Shown here: positions 31,283-42,461 of the stretch, one piece after another
How the letters are laid out: each line of letters opens with the position of its first letter
How positions within the stretch are numbered: position 1 is the first letter of the stretch
Assembly: GCA_000004985.1 (NCBI GenBank)
Contig: GG738884.1
DNA from: Naegleria gruberi
Taxonomy: Eukaryota
Direction: 5' to 3' (one strand)
DNA: 64,000 nucleotides
Notes under the pieces: model-generated
The model's database searches: none
Seen by the model: only the letters and a program-made list of their open reading frames with translations
Told to the model about the DNA's origin: nothing
Program-made: the position numbers and the translations under genes

Positions 31283-33508
31283 TTAGTTTTTCAGAATTAT
31301 ACTCATGGTTTTTTGTGGATCATCAAATGGACATGCCAATACTTCACAACATCCAAGAGTTGAATCACTCATGTCGAGATCAGTCATTTCAAAAACATTT
31401 TCCTGTTTTTCATAGAGTGGTCTCATGTCTGGATTATCCTTGAATGCCAAGTGTCGAATCCAAAATGCTCTATCAAATCCTTTGAGTAGAATCCATTCAT
31501 TCTTATGATTGTGCTTAAAATCTGGATCCTTAGTTTCCAATTGTTTAACAAAGAGATCCAATTCGGAGTGAGTTAGGAATTTCTTGACCTTTTCCTTAAT
31601 GGAAAACTTTTCTCTAAAGGCAGGGTTTAGTTTAATTTCCATCTGGCATCTTCCATATTTACGCATATCTCGCATGTATTGTCCCATTGGACTGTCACTG
31701 TTGAGTAGATTTTCCAACACTTCTCTCTTTCCAATACTATCCAAAATGTCAAAGATGAAATCTTGGCAATTACCAGTATTCACATAATTTTTCAATGATT
31801 TGCTAGATTTCTTAGGTTTTTTAGATTTCTTCTTTCGTTTTCTCTCGCTATAAATCATGGTGGTATTCCATCGACAAATTACCTCGGAAAGTTTCTTTAC
31901 AATATCTTCCAAATCGTGAGCTGTCGTAATTTCTTCAATATCTGCTGAAAAGAAACTAGATTGAGAACTTAATTTACGTGGTATACATAGTGAGCTATCT
32001 GTCCATTCAAGTTTAAATTCTGAAATGACAAGAGCTGTATGGAACATGCCAAATGCAGGAAGAATTTTAACTGGTGACAAGAGTGGGCTCACTATTTGAC
32101 GAATAGTTTGTTTCGTCTTGTTATGGTGATGCATATCTGTCACAATCAACTTGATTTTGATGGATTTTTCAAGAGTTGGATTCGAACGCCACCAATCTTT
32201 CAAATTATCTTCTGACAAATTTTCAGTAAATGATCCCTGAGTATTATTACTTGTTCCAGCAAATGATTCTGAAAGTCCAGCACTTGTCATGGAAGCTCCA
32301 ATATTTGCAGAATTGCTCTCAATTCCATGATGACTCAATGTCAAATCTCTTGGAATATCAGCTGCTGCACTACTTCTTGTTAAATTACTTCCTGGAGTTG
32401 ATTGTTGAATGTTTGAAGGAGTATTTGATGAATTATTGATGAATTGAGGTGGTGTCATTAATACCTGATCCATTACAATACTAGTGGTGAGAGCTGTAAT
32501 TGGAGTATGATTAGAATGTAAGTTTGGAGTATTAGAAACTGAATTACTTGTTGGTTTCTTGATTGGAGTGTTATTGTTACTATTGGCGAGGTCTAGAATT
32601 TCATCTGACCACTTGACTTCCTTCTTATTAGTTTGATTTGAGGAATCGTCTACTGTTTCACTTTGTGAAGTAATATTATTCGAAAGACCTTCAAATACTT
32701 TGGCTACATTTTCTTGAATCATATTCGAAGAACTATTCTCAAAATCCATCTGAGAAAGTCCAACATCAAACGAAAGTATTTCATCAAGTTCTTTCTTTTC
32801 ACTTTCCAATAAATTTTCTTCATTTCCTGAGTCACTTTCGTTCAATGTTTTTTCTGTTGTAGCTTTAGCACTTGCAATAATTTCATAGAATTGTGGAGAG
32901 AATAGATGCATATTCTTTGCATTCTTCTTTTTGACCGTATGATTTAAAGTAGCATTCAAGGAAGAAGAATTATTCGAAAGTGTATTTTCAGAAGAAGAAA
33001 CATTTTCAGTTTTTTCTTCATTTTCATGAATATGTTCATCTTCACCTGCACTGCTCATCATTTCACTTTCTAACATTCTCACCTTCTCATCCCATTGTTT
33101 CGTAATTGTATTATCCAAGTTTAGGTAAGTTTCCAACATACTCTTCGGATCAGACAAACACATTGAATAACGTTCCATAATATACTCATCATTATGAATA
33201 TCTTCAAAAAGCACACAATTCTTAATTTTCGAATAAGTTACCCTTTGCGGAGGTAAAAGATGTGCCGGAGCATTTAAATTAGCATGATTAATTAATTGTT
33301 GATACATTTCTTCATCGATAATGATGGAATTTGTTGTGGTTGTGGTTTGTATTGATGAATTGTGAGTGGAAGTTGATGTAGAGTTGTGAGTTTCAGAATT
33401 TGTCTGATTGAAAGAGTCAGTTGATTGGTCATGTTGATGGGTGGCAGGTGGCAGGGAGTTGTTGTTGTTGGGGTTATCACCAGCTAGACGGCTAGTTTTG
33501 GAACCCAT
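31283..33508 (-). CDS. N-myristoylation-motif protein with a long low-complexity region and a C-terminal PPPDE/DeSI-like (permuted papain fold) putative peptidase domain
   Basis: Starts MGSKTSR (Gly2, Ser6 consensus). C-terminal motifs FGMFHTALVI and NTGNCQDFIFDILDSIG, ~75 aa apart, match the His...NCNhF catalytic dyad arrangement of PPPDE/DeSI proteins. Confidence 0.5.
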   Translation of the reverse strand: MGSKTSRLAGDNPNNNNSLPPATHQHDQSTDSFNQTNSETHNSTSTSTHNSSIQTTTTTNSIIIDEEMYQQLINHANLNAPAHLLPPQRVTYSKIKNCVLFEDIHNDEYIMERYSMCLSDPKSMLETYLNLDNTITKQWDEKVRMLESEMMSSAGEDEHIHENEEKTENVSSSENTLSNNSSSLNATLNHTVKKKNAKNMHLFSPQFYEIIASAKATTEKTLNESDSGNEENLLESEKKELDEILSFDVGLSQMDFENSSSNMIQENVAKVFEGLSNNITSQSETVDDSSNQTNKKEVKWSDEILDLANSNNNTPIKKPTSNSVSNTPNLHSNHTPITALTTSIVMDQVLMTPPQFINNSSNTPSNIQQSTPGSNLTRSSAAADIPRDLTLSHHGIESNSANIGASMTSAGLSESFAGTSNNTQGSFTENLSEDNLKDWWRSNPTLEKSIKIKLIVTDMHHHNKTKQTIRQIVSPLLSPVKILPAFGMFHTALVISEFKLEWTDSSLCIPRKLSSQSSFFSADIEEITTAHDLEDIVKKLSEVICRWNTTMIYSERKRKKKSKKPKKSSKSLKNYVNTGNCQDFIFDILDSIGKREVLENLLNSDSPMGQYMRDMRKYGRCQMEIKLNPAFREKFSIKEKVKKFLTHSELDLFVKQLETKDPDFKHNHKNEWILLKGFDRAFWIRHLAFKDNPDMRPLYEKQENVFEMTDLDMSDSTLGCCEVLACPFDDPQKTMSIILKN

Positions 33509-34008
33509 TTAAATGTTGTTGTTTGATAGTATGTTGTGTGTTATGAATTTTGATTTTTTTTTAAATTGTTTTTTGGCGGGCAATGATTGGTGACATTTTT
33601 ACATGAGCATGTTCATTCTACCACAATCTTATTTAAGGTTGTGGTGATTTCATTGAAATTGGATTCAAAGTTTTTTAAAGGTTAGTTTTTGATCAAACTC
33701 TTCACATTGTGGAGTTGGAACTATTCGAAAGTTGTAGCAAAACCTGGCTAAAGATCTCATAGACTGTTTCACAAATTGAAACCCAAGATTGATAAGAATG
33801 AAAAAGAGAGAATGTTGGTGATTGGAATTATTGATGAGTTGAATTTATTAATAATTAAGAAATTAAGCAAATCAGTTGCACATATATATTATCATTATTA
33901 TATGTAAAAATGGTGATTGGAGCGAGAGTGGACATCATCTCCCTTATTAGAGTTATTAGTTTATTGAATCACACACAATATTTATCTTCTTCATCAGGAG
34001 ATTTAGAA

Positions 34009-35109
34009 TCAGAATTGAAATTTTCCAAAACCATCCTCATTACCTCCATGTAATTCATTCCGTGTTGATGATCTAAATCCAAGAAATGTTAAACTGGGCA
34101 TTGATTTCACAAGTAAAAACCCCTCTTGTGTGATGGGATTTCTTCCAATTTGCAACTCTTTCAAATGTCGCATTTCACTTATTGAGCTGGCTCCTTGGAA
34201 TCCAATTTGATTTTCTCTCAAATCGAGAATTTCCAAAAACGAAAGTTTTGAAAGGCACTTGGCACCATCGTTTCCAATACGATTGTACGTGATGGATAAT
34301 TGTTTCAATAATTCTAGTTGACCAATTTGTTTGGCTCCTTCATCACCCAAATTATTGTAATTAGCATCCAAATATGTTAATTTCTTCAATTTACTTAAAT
34401 ATTTTCCTGATTCACTTGATAAAACATTTCCAGAAATATTTAAATGTGTTAAATTGCATAATTCACTCAAATATTGAGCTCCTTTATCTCCTAAATAATT
34501 TGAATCCACACTTAGTAATGTCAAGTTGGTCAATTTGGTCAAATATTGAACTCCTTCACCAATTGAATTATTAAAAAGATTCAATTTGGTCAATTGGGAC
34601 ATTTCACTAATTATTTCAACACCAATCGCTCCAATACTATTACCTCCCATATTAAGAGATTTTAAATTAGTCAACCTCTTCTTCATTAAAACAATACACG
34701 ATTTTGTTACCTTATTAAATGAAACATCAAGTTCCTCTAAATTTTTCAATTTGCAAAAATGTTTAAAACCCTCCTTTGAAATTTCATTACATGTTAAATT
34801 TAAATATTTCAAATTTATCAAATGGTGAATTTCTGAAATATTCTCATCTTTAAAACAGTATGCTTTGGCTTCGTATCTTTGAATATTATTGACTAATTGA
34901 CTGTTTTTAACAATTTCCAAATTTACAATAGAAGGAGTGATGGAAATTGGTATGTTGCGTTCGATAATTATTCGAAACCATTGTTTGGAAAGTAGAAAAC
35001 AACAAAGAATACTTTTAGAATCTAAAAATGTTAAAATTTCATAACAAATATCATCGGGAAAGGTTGAATGTGGAGGTGATGAATTGATCAGCGAATCATC
35101 TTGTTGCAT
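34009..35109 (-). CDS. F-box/LRR-repeat protein
   Basis: First ATG is at 35109 (MQQDDSLINSSPP...). F-box: DICYEILTFLDSKSILCCFLLSKQWFRII. About ten tandem LRRs of 24-26 aa follow (LTxLxxLDxSxNxIGDxGAKxLS pattern). Confidence 0.7.
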   Translation of the reverse strand: MQQDDSLINSSPPHSTFPDDICYEILTFLDSKSILCCFLLSKQWFRIIIERNIPISITPSIVNLEIVKNSQLVNNIQRYEAKAYCFKDENISEIHHLINLKYLNLTCNEISKEGFKHFCKLKNLEELDVSFNKVTKSCIVLMKKRLTNLKSLNMGGNSIGAIGVEIISEMSQLTKLNLFNNSIGEGVQYLTKLTNLTLLSVDSNYLGDKGAQYLSELCNLTHLNISGNVLSSESGKYLSKLKKLTYLDANYNNLGDEGAKQIGQLELLKQLSITYNRIGNDGAKCLSKLSFLEILDLRENQIGFQGASSISEMRHLKELQIGRNPITQEGFLLVKSMPSLTFLGFRSSTRNELHGGNEDGFGKFQF

Positions 35110-35259
35110 TTTTTTAAAATGTTTATTTTGCAATTATACTAATATTAACTTTCAATTGTGATATTTACAATGAGAATTGTAATGAAAGCCCAAGAAAGTA
35201 TTCTGGAAAGTGAAGATTTATTTGTGCCTACCAAAATCATACACTATTCTTCATATAAC

Positions 35260-37299
35260 TTAGATAAATCTACTCTCCACAAGTTTGGAAACTTTGTTGT
35301 AAACTCGCTCAATATCAATCTCAACTTGACCCAATGAATCTGACTCTGTAAAATGGCTTGCCTTTACATCTTCTTGTGTCAAACTTAAAACTTGCATGTG
35401 AGATAGTGAATGATGGAAGGCAAGAGAGCTACTTGAAGGTTCGTGGCATGATTGTTTGTTTTCGCTTGGTTGTTTGGATGCACCTACCTTATTGACACCA
35501 TCTGCAGCTGCTTGCTTTTGACGAGGACAAAAAGGAGTAATGATGAGATGAGAATTTTCTGGCATAAACAAAGACCAATAGGATGCACTTCCAGAATTTG
35601 TAATAAAAACATCAACCGATGAGAAGAATCTCACCATTTGAATTAATGAATTTTCCTCATTCTTTCCATAGAGTCCTGATGAAGTTGCTGATGAAACATC
35701 GAGTGGAATTATTTGAACAGAATAACCCAAGTCAATCATGAATTTTTCCTGTGCAAGATTTTCCAATTTCTTTTCCAATTCTTTAGAGTTGAAAATATTG
35801 TTGCTTTCGTGTGTTGTTAATTTTCCTAAAACTACAATCTTGATAGTCTTTTTAGGTTTTCCTCCTCCAAGTAAACCCAAATTTGAAATAATTCTCTTTC
35901 TCAAAAGTTGAATGGAAATATCTCTATATTTTCCATAATTTTTACCAAATGAAATAGATCGTTCTCCAACTCCAAATACGAGCTTTTTGAAACATATATC
36001 AACTTGATTTCTATCGAGAATGGCTTTTTCCTCAGAAAATATCATTGAAGTTGGTCTCTTGGATTCTGGATCATCCATTGGACAAGGTGCTTTTTCAATT
36101 CTATAAATGAGTTGACTGGAAGGTTGTTCAGAGATTTTCATTTCTCTCTTTTCAATCTTGTACGAGCATTTCTGTAAAATAGGTTGTGTAGAGAATATCT
36201 GAGTCCACTGCAAAGATTGTTGAATGGCTTCCTTCTTTTTTCCGTGATAGGTAGACATTTCCTCCGCACAGAATAAATGTTTTCCAGTTTTGACATTCAC
36301 TTGATGTTGTAAATGGACTTGTCTCGAAGGACTAGTTTCACACGAACTATCCTCTTTAACTCCTCTCTCATAAATTATTTCATCCATGAATAAAATAGCA
36401 AGATCCTTAACATCCAAATCAAATTTGTAAATAAGCTCATTGAGTGCAATCAAATTATCATTGAAAAAGTGAGCTAAACTTCCTGCTGCATATCTATTCA
36501 TGGCAATTGTTGGATTTTGAATGAAATTAAAGTCCTTATTAGTCTTTTTGAACATGAAATTCAAACTGACTGATCCTCTCTTTCCACTTCTCCATGTTTG
36601 CAAGAAGGAAATTACCTTTTCATTATGTGTAATTCCAAATAATTGTTTGTAAACCGAATCATATAATTCCTGAGTTGTGTAAAAGATCAAATCTCCCTTC
36701 TTATTCATGCAAACATTTTCCATTACAAATGATGCTTGTGAAAAATCAATCGATTGTCCATTGCCATGATGCGCCGAATTGTGAAATCTCAATTTACTAT
36801 ACAATTCCTCATTCTGTTGTTTGTGTGAAATCTTATCATTCATAGGATCAATAAGTCCACCCACTCCCGATGTGGATGCATACTGATTCACCACTAAATG
36901 TCTAATCCTATTCGTTATTTGTGTATAGTCTGCTCTTTCAAAATTATTTAATGCTGATGAGGGTCCATCTGGCACTACAAGTATATTTTCCTTTCCGACA
37001 ATTTCACTCTTCGACTTGTTCATCCGAATGGAAACATATCCACAACCCATTAACACTACAAGTACTAGAAAGACAAATAGTAATCGTGCCTTGAGTGAAA
37101 ACTTTCCAAAGCCAGAATCAATCTTGTATGGGTCCTTCCTCCGAGTATTATTTAAATTATTGTAATTTATTGCATTGTGATGATGATGCTCTGATGTCTC
37201 GTCATCCGAAGGTGAACCAAATATTTCATCCAAGTCATCAAGTACTCGTTCTCTTTCTTCGTTAATTTTCACATCAACTGTTGTTGTTCGTTTAGACAT
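35260..37299 (-). CDS. Type II membrane protein, possible GT61/DUF563-family glycosyltransferase
   Basis: Probable start MSKRTTT at 37299 (the ORF extends to 37443 with a non-ATG start). An N-terminal signal anchor (LLFVFLVLVVLMGCGYV) precedes a large lumenal domain with the motif NRYAAGSLAHFFNDNLIALNELI, which resembles the NxxHxF(x)D motif of GT61/EOGT-like transferases. The family call is weak. Confidence 0.4.
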   Translation of the reverse strand: MSKRTTTVDVKINEERERVLDDLDEIFGSPSDDETSEHHHHNAINYNNLNNTRRKDPYKIDSGFGKFSLKARLLFVFLVLVVLMGCGYVSIRMNKSKSEIVGKENILVVPDGPSSALNNFERADYTQITNRIRHLVVNQYASTSGVGGLIDPMNDKISHKQQNEELYSKLRFHNSAHHGNGQSIDFSQASFVMENVCMNKKGDLIFYTTQELYDSVYKQLFGITHNEKVISFLQTWRSGKRGSVSLNFMFKKTNKDFNFIQNPTIAMNRYAAGSLAHFFNDNLIALNELIYKFDLDVKDLAILFMDEIIYERGVKEDSSCETSPSRQVHLQHQVNVKTGKHLFCAEEMSTYHGKKKEAIQQSLQWTQIFSTQPILQKCSYKIEKREMKISEQPSSQLIYRIEKAPCPMDDPESKRPTSMIFSEEKAILDRNQVDICFKKLVFGVGERSISFGKNYGKYRDISIQLLRKRIISNLGLLGGGKPKKTIKIVVLGKLTTHESNNIFNSKELEKKLENLAQEKFMIDLGYSVQIIPLDVSSATSSGLYGKNEENSLIQMVRFFSSVDVFITNSGSASYWSLFMPENSHLIITPFCPRQKQAAADGVNKVGASKQPSENKQSCHEPSSSSLAFHHSLSHMQVLSLTQEDVKASHFTESDSLGQVEIDIERVYNKVSKLVESRFI

Positions 37300-37399
37300 T
37301 TTTTTGATGATTGATTTGTGAAAATTGATGGAGTTGTTCAACTCTTCTAGATTGTGATAATCAGGTTGAGTGTATTGTGATAATTGAATAATGGATGAC

Positions 37400-38932
37400 T
37401 TATTCAATGCTGAAATTAGAACTGTTACCCTGTCTGTGTTCAATCAAATCAATTGAAGAACGAACATCTGTACAATATTCGAAAAGAACACCAACCAGAG
37501 CTTCATCCTTGTTGGTTTTGATTTCAGCCAAAAGTTGACCTTCTTTTCTGTCTTCAAGAGTGACATGAGTAGTTGGGTGATTCTCATTCAAAGATCCATG
37601 CCACACTTGTCCAATCTTATCGTGTGTAATACAGTGGAGTGTATATCCAAGTTTGAGAGGCAATGTCTCAACAATAACAACCCTACTCGAGGTAATCATG
37701 TAGTGAATGCCCTGATAGACTGGAATGAGTTTAACCAAACTGGTGTGAGTAAGGAAAAAGACAATAATGATAGAAATTTCCCACAAGAATAATGAAATAA
37801 TAATACTCTCCAACAAGACAAGTGAAAGAATGGCCATAATGAACATGATGAAGAATGTTGGAATGACCAAAATCCAAAATATCATCAACATTCTCAATGT
37901 ACTCTTTCTAGAACGTTTCATATTGTCTGTTGAAGGTCTTTCATAGTAGAGGAGTGTTTCATGTTCTTCAGTGGCAGTACTTCTCATGAGTAAATAAACT
38001 GGATGTACCTTATTACCATCATCATTGGTATCGAGTGAGGCAAGAGCAATTTCTTGAAGTTGTGAAGTTGGCTCCTCATCTTGTTGATTGTTTTCCGATA
38101 ATAACAATGCTCTCTTATCAAGTCTTAAAAGAACTTCCTTGTGTCTTTCTGTTGGATCTTGCAAAATAACATTCATTGAAGAGCTCTCCTCCAATCTGTA
38201 TGTTGTTGAATCTCCGCTCAACACGAACGGATCCTTAATAACTTGTCTAACAAATCTATCAAGTGAAAACTTGCTTCTTCCCTCAAAGTAGAAAAATCCA
38301 AACAGAATATAACCAACAATAATAATTAGAACAATAATTAATGCAAGTGGAATGGCCCAATACAACTCTGCAATGTACTGTCTGGTCATATCCATTCGGA
38401 GAGAAATATTAATACTATTTCCTCCAATATTATTAATCTTTTTAGTGGCAAATCTCTCAACATTTGCTTGAATAGCATAGCAAGTGAATGAATCGTCATG
38501 ATCACTTCCAATATATTCCTCCAGACACTTCTTACTCTCTGCAGATGAAGAAGTCTTACAAAAATCATCCCATAGCACTGATGATAAAACAACCAAGTCT
38601 TGTCCATTAGTACTAGCATCATCATGATACAGGGTAACATTGAGAATATAATAATAATAGGTAGAAGAGGAATCAGCACCCTTGTATTCAATCAATGATG
38701 GAGCACTCTCATCAATATATTTACAATCATATGATTTGTAGTGTAGTATCGAAGAGGTATCAACAGATAAACACATGGCAATAAATAACGCATTCACAGT
38801 TATCAAACATAACAGTAATAAACTCCATAGCCATCGTGGTACTTTAAGAAAAGTCTTTGAAGTCATGTTCCCATAGAGGAGGGAATTATCGGATGATCCC
38901 GAACATTTCAATAGGTTCATAACTTTATCCAT
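37400..38932 (-). CDS. Multi-pass membrane protein (hypothetical, 510 aa)
   Basis: ORF with ATG at 38932. There is an N-terminal signal/TM segment, an extracellular Cys-containing region, and at least 4 further hydrophobic helices (LALIIVLIIIVGYILFGFFYF, MLMIFWILVIPTFFIMFIMAILSLVLLESIIISLFLWEISIIIVFFL). Confidence 0.45.
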   Translation of the reverse strand: MDKVMNLLKCSGSSDNSLLYGNMTSKTFLKVPRWLWSLLLLCLITVNALFIAMCLSVDTSSILHYKSYDCKYIDESAPSLIEYKGADSSSTYYYYILNVTLYHDDASTNGQDLVVLSSVLWDDFCKTSSSAESKKCLEEYIGSDHDDSFTCYAIQANVERFATKKINNIGGNSINISLRMDMTRQYIAELYWAIPLALIIVLIIIVGYILFGFFYFEGRSKFSLDRFVRQVIKDPFVLSGDSTTYRLEESSSMNVILQDPTERHKEVLLRLDKRALLLSENNQQDEEPTSQLQEIALASLDTNDDGNKVHPVYLLMRSTATEEHETLLYYERPSTDNMKRSRKSTLRMLMIFWILVIPTFFIMFIMAILSLVLLESIIISLFLWEISIIIVFFLTHTSLVKLIPVYQGIHYMITSSRVVIVETLPLKLGYTLHCITHDKIGQVWHGSLNENHPTTHVTLEDRKEGQLLAEIKTNKDEALVGVLFEYCTDVRSSIDLIEHRQGNSSNFSIE

Positions 38933-39314
38933 CTTGTTAATCCGATAGAGTTTGATAATATTAAAAACTTGATGATGATAACAAAAATTTTAGGGTTTGA
39001 TGTTGCGAAGATTTTTTTGTATTTATTTTTTCGTTTTTTCTTCCAATTCTTTTCTATTTTATTTCTTTCGGCCTTAAAATAGATTCGAATTAAGGAATGA
39101 ATAGAAAATTGACTTTTTAATTGGTTTTGATGACGAATAATCTCTGCTTATTGGCGCTGTTTTAAAGGGCTGATTTTTGAATTAGAAATGATTTTATTGT
39201 TCATACAATTAGTTCAATTAGAATATACAGTTTGTTGTTTCCTCGTTTCGTGGTGTCAAAAATTAAAGAGTTTAAATAATCAAAATATCGAATAATTATT
39301 CTATATAATACTCA

Positions 39315-40571
39315 TTATACATTCAATGATGTATTATTGAGTGGATTAACTGTTTCAGTATTTTCCTTACTCTTCTTTTCTCTCTTTCTTTGTTTGGCAA
39401 AGAGACAAGTTGAGGCACAGCAGAACCAGCAACAACAGACAAAGGCCATGAAACCACAAACCAGAATTGTCAATACACACAGGCCAAACATTGCCAAAGC
39501 AACCATGAGAGGAGCGGCAGCAATATTGTCTTTAAGGGTTGAAAAATCTTGGAAAACTGGCATAATCTTGTCAACTATGAGTTTTGTCGAGTAACCTTCC
39601 ACTCCTCCTCTAACAGCCAATAATAGGAGAAAAACTGCAGTAAAACCAATGACAATCATTGAAACAACAAATCTATTTTTGGTATCAATCTTACTTTGGG
39701 AATTATCACACATTGAGGAAACTGCCAATAAGGTTGCACCTGCACAACATAGCATGACAGCAAGGAAAGTCACTGCTTGTCCAACAATGACCATAATAAA
39801 GATTGTCTTATTATTGGCATGGTCAGTTGGATCGTATCCAATGGTTTGCAATGAGTTGAACAAGACAATGGCAGCCACTTCAACAATTGAGAATAAACAA
39901 ACAAGTGTAAGCATTGGACATGCACAGACGAAACTGAAACATCCACAAATAGTCTTGGAGAGGGATGATTTGTCCTGAATACTTCTTGGACTAGCAATCT
40001 TTTCTTGTGGCATTTCTTCATTATTCAATGCAGCAACAGTTCCAGTTCCTTTCAAGGAAATTCCTCCAACCTGTTGTTGAGGAGATATCTCAGTACTTGT
40101 ATTCATCACTGTCGAATAAATATTATTATTCCTATTGGCATTTGGATCAAATTTCGATTGTGAATAGGAGGGTGGCTTTTCTGCCTTTTCCTGTTGTTGT
40201 AGAGCTTGAGCTGCAGCAGAATCCCTCGAAGGTGAAACACTCACTGCATTATATTGTCCAGAATTTCTATTATTCAAATGACTTCTTATTGAATCAGTTG
40301 GTGAATGGGCTGCACTAAATCTCCTCAGTGGATCCAAAGCATCACCTCTAATAGCTCCAATAGGTTGTTGTTGAAGGGAGAATCGATTGTGTGCTGCTGG
40401 GTTGTTGTTGATTCCTACTGGTGATGGAGTGGATGGAGTATGATGATTCGGTGATGGATAAACATTTGTATTGACAGCATTTGGTAATGTGGAGGCGTAG
40501 AATGGAGATTGGTCCATTGCTATGGAAGCTCGGAATGAAGGAGGTGGACCAGTTGGAGGTGATGATGACAT
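39315..40571 (-). CDS. Pro/Ser-rich N-terminal, 4-TM C-terminal membrane protein with a Cys-rich tail (hypothetical)
   Basis: ORF with ATG at 40571. The N-terminus reads MSSSPPTGPPPSF. Four hydrophobic helices span aa 200-380, followed by CCCWFCCASTC, a possible palmitoylation cluster. Confidence 0.45.
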   Translation of the reverse strand: MSSSPPTGPPPSFRASIAMDQSPFYASTLPNAVNTNVYPSPNHHTPSTPSPVGINNNPAAHNRFSLQQQPIGAIRGDALDPLRRFSAAHSPTDSIRSHLNNRNSGQYNAVSVSPSRDSAAAQALQQQEKAEKPPSYSQSKFDPNANRNNNIYSTVMNTSTEISPQQQVGGISLKGTGTVAALNNEEMPQEKIASPRSIQDKSSLSKTICGCFSFVCACPMLTLVCLFSIVEVAAIVLFNSLQTIGYDPTDHANNKTIFIMVIVGQAVTFLAVMLCCAGATLLAVSSMCDNSQSKIDTKNRFVVSMIVIGFTAVFLLLLAVRGGVEGYSTKLIVDKIMPVFQDFSTLKDNIAAAPLMVALAMFGLCVLTILVCGFMAFVCCCWFCCASTCLFAKQRKREKKSKENTETVNPLNNTSLNV

Positions 40572-41075
40572 TTTGATGGAATATTTTGTTTGGAATTAAA
40601 TTGTTATATGTATTTGCTATTTTTCAATATTCGAATAGTTTAGAATAAATTCTATGGGAAAGTTTGGATGAAGGCTTGGTTTTAGCCTAATGTTTTATCT
40701 TTGAAAGCTTAGGAAGAATTGGGAATTGACAATTTTTTCTTGTATTAAAAATTACGATTTTTGTTTTTGGTGGCATTTCAAGGCATGTCATATGGAGATA
40801 CAAGTTTACTGCACTTTCGAATAATATGTAAAACAATTGTAGGATTTGAAGGAGGGTGACAAGGAGAAGACTTTGGTTGATTGAATTCGATATTGAAAAA
40901 TAGGAGTGTTTAATGTCATAATAGTTAAATGGTGTTGACATGTTCTAATTTGGGAACTTTAAAAAAGGAACAAATTCAATTTCATATTTACAAAGTTTTA
41001 ATAGGAAATCAAACTGATCAATAATTTTGAAGGTGGAATGAGAAGGTGAATGAATTATAGAAAATTCACACAATA

Positions 41076-42371
41076 TTATTGGAAAGATATGGAAATATCT
41101 GAAACTTTACAACCAGTGTAACAATCATAGAGTCTATTTCTGAAACGAGAGGGTTTTTCTGAATGTCTATGATCGAAAGCAACACAGCAATGCCAACCTG
41201 CATTCACAACAGAATTGTAAGCTGCTCCATTTCTTAATTCTCTTGTTCGAACAGCAATTTCGTCCAAATTCATCACCTGGACGAAACTATACTTTTTGTG
41301 AGTGAATGCAGTTTTAAAGTCGCCAAACATTTCAGCCACAAAAAATACATCATTCTTTGCATTGATGAGATAGTGACCTCGAGAAAAACATCCAATTCGA
41401 ATACAAGAATCCAAGTTCAAAAGGTTTGATTGTTCCATAAAATTGGGTTGACCATCCATGTTAATACCAAAAGTAATTTGATTTAAATTGTCAAAACCTG
41501 CAGCAAATACTCGTCCATCCCATGTTCTGAAAACACAATGGAAAAAACCACATTGTACATCAGCAATAGGTCCCATCACTGATTTGGTTACTGATTCAAA
41601 TTTAGGACCTAAAATGTGATCATTTTCCAGTGTTGAATTTATACCCAGCTCTCGCTTAATATACTCTGAAGATTCATAAACATGAATATTATCAAACTTA
41701 TCCACTAGCACAATACCTGTGTTTGTAGCACTTCCACACTTGATTTCAACCTGTGGATAATTTAATGTGGTTTGTAATTTCCCACTCAGATCCACAATTT
41801 TCCAATCTTTGAATTGAACCAAAAAATAGGGAGAAACAGGTCCTGTAATAATCTTGATCGCCTCCTGTTCCAATGTCAAGAAATTCACAAATTCCAATGT
41901 TGATCCCAATTTCAACACATGTCTATTCCACCGATCCACAATATAAAAGTCCGAATAATTTCTAAAATATTGACCAGGAATAAATTGAACCTTCTCAGGA
42001 ATGTACTTTTCAATATCGACAATCATTCCCTTGCATTCCACCTTCTTAAGGAATGTCATTTCGGGATAATTATACACCTCAAGAGTGTGATTTTCAGTGG
42101 TTGCATGTTCGGTTTTATATGTATCGTGAATGGGTCTCAACATCATCAACCGATCATCGGGCAACACGAAACAAAATTTCCGATCACCAGCAAATATTAA
42201 TTTGTATGAAAAATCGAGTTGAACAAAAACAAAACTCTTTGATACTTGTTCAATTGGAATATCTAAATTGAAATGAATTAATTATTAATTAATAGAGGAA
42301 TTTAATAAGGCTAAATACTAACCATGTGATTCAAATCCGCAACAGTAAAGGAACGAGCTGCATGATGACAT
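41076..42371 (-). CDS. Hypothetical protein with RCC1/beta-propeller-like repeats. Exons are 42371..42323 and 42262..41076.
   Basis: A 49-nt first exon (ATGTCATCATGC...CACATG) is followed by GTTAGT, and the 60-nt intron ends tcaatttag. This restores the frame with the long ORF, whose upstream part FNLDIPIEQVSK... is otherwise open but lacks an ATG. Repeats such as GFFHCVFRTWDGRVFAAGFDNLNQ and GWHCCVAFDH resemble RCC1 blades. Confidence 0.5.
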
Positions 42372-42461
42372 TTTTTTTTTAAATTTAGAAAATTATTCGA
42401 ATCAAATTCTGATACAATTACAATGAATTGTTTATTGATTGATTTTTTCATATTTCTTGAA

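Noticed and set aside
42316-42322. TACTAAC (yeast-type branch-point heptamer) on the plus strand
   Set aside because: It is the reverse complement of the GTTAGTA donor of the minus-strand RCC1-like gene. It is not a plus-strand intron signal.
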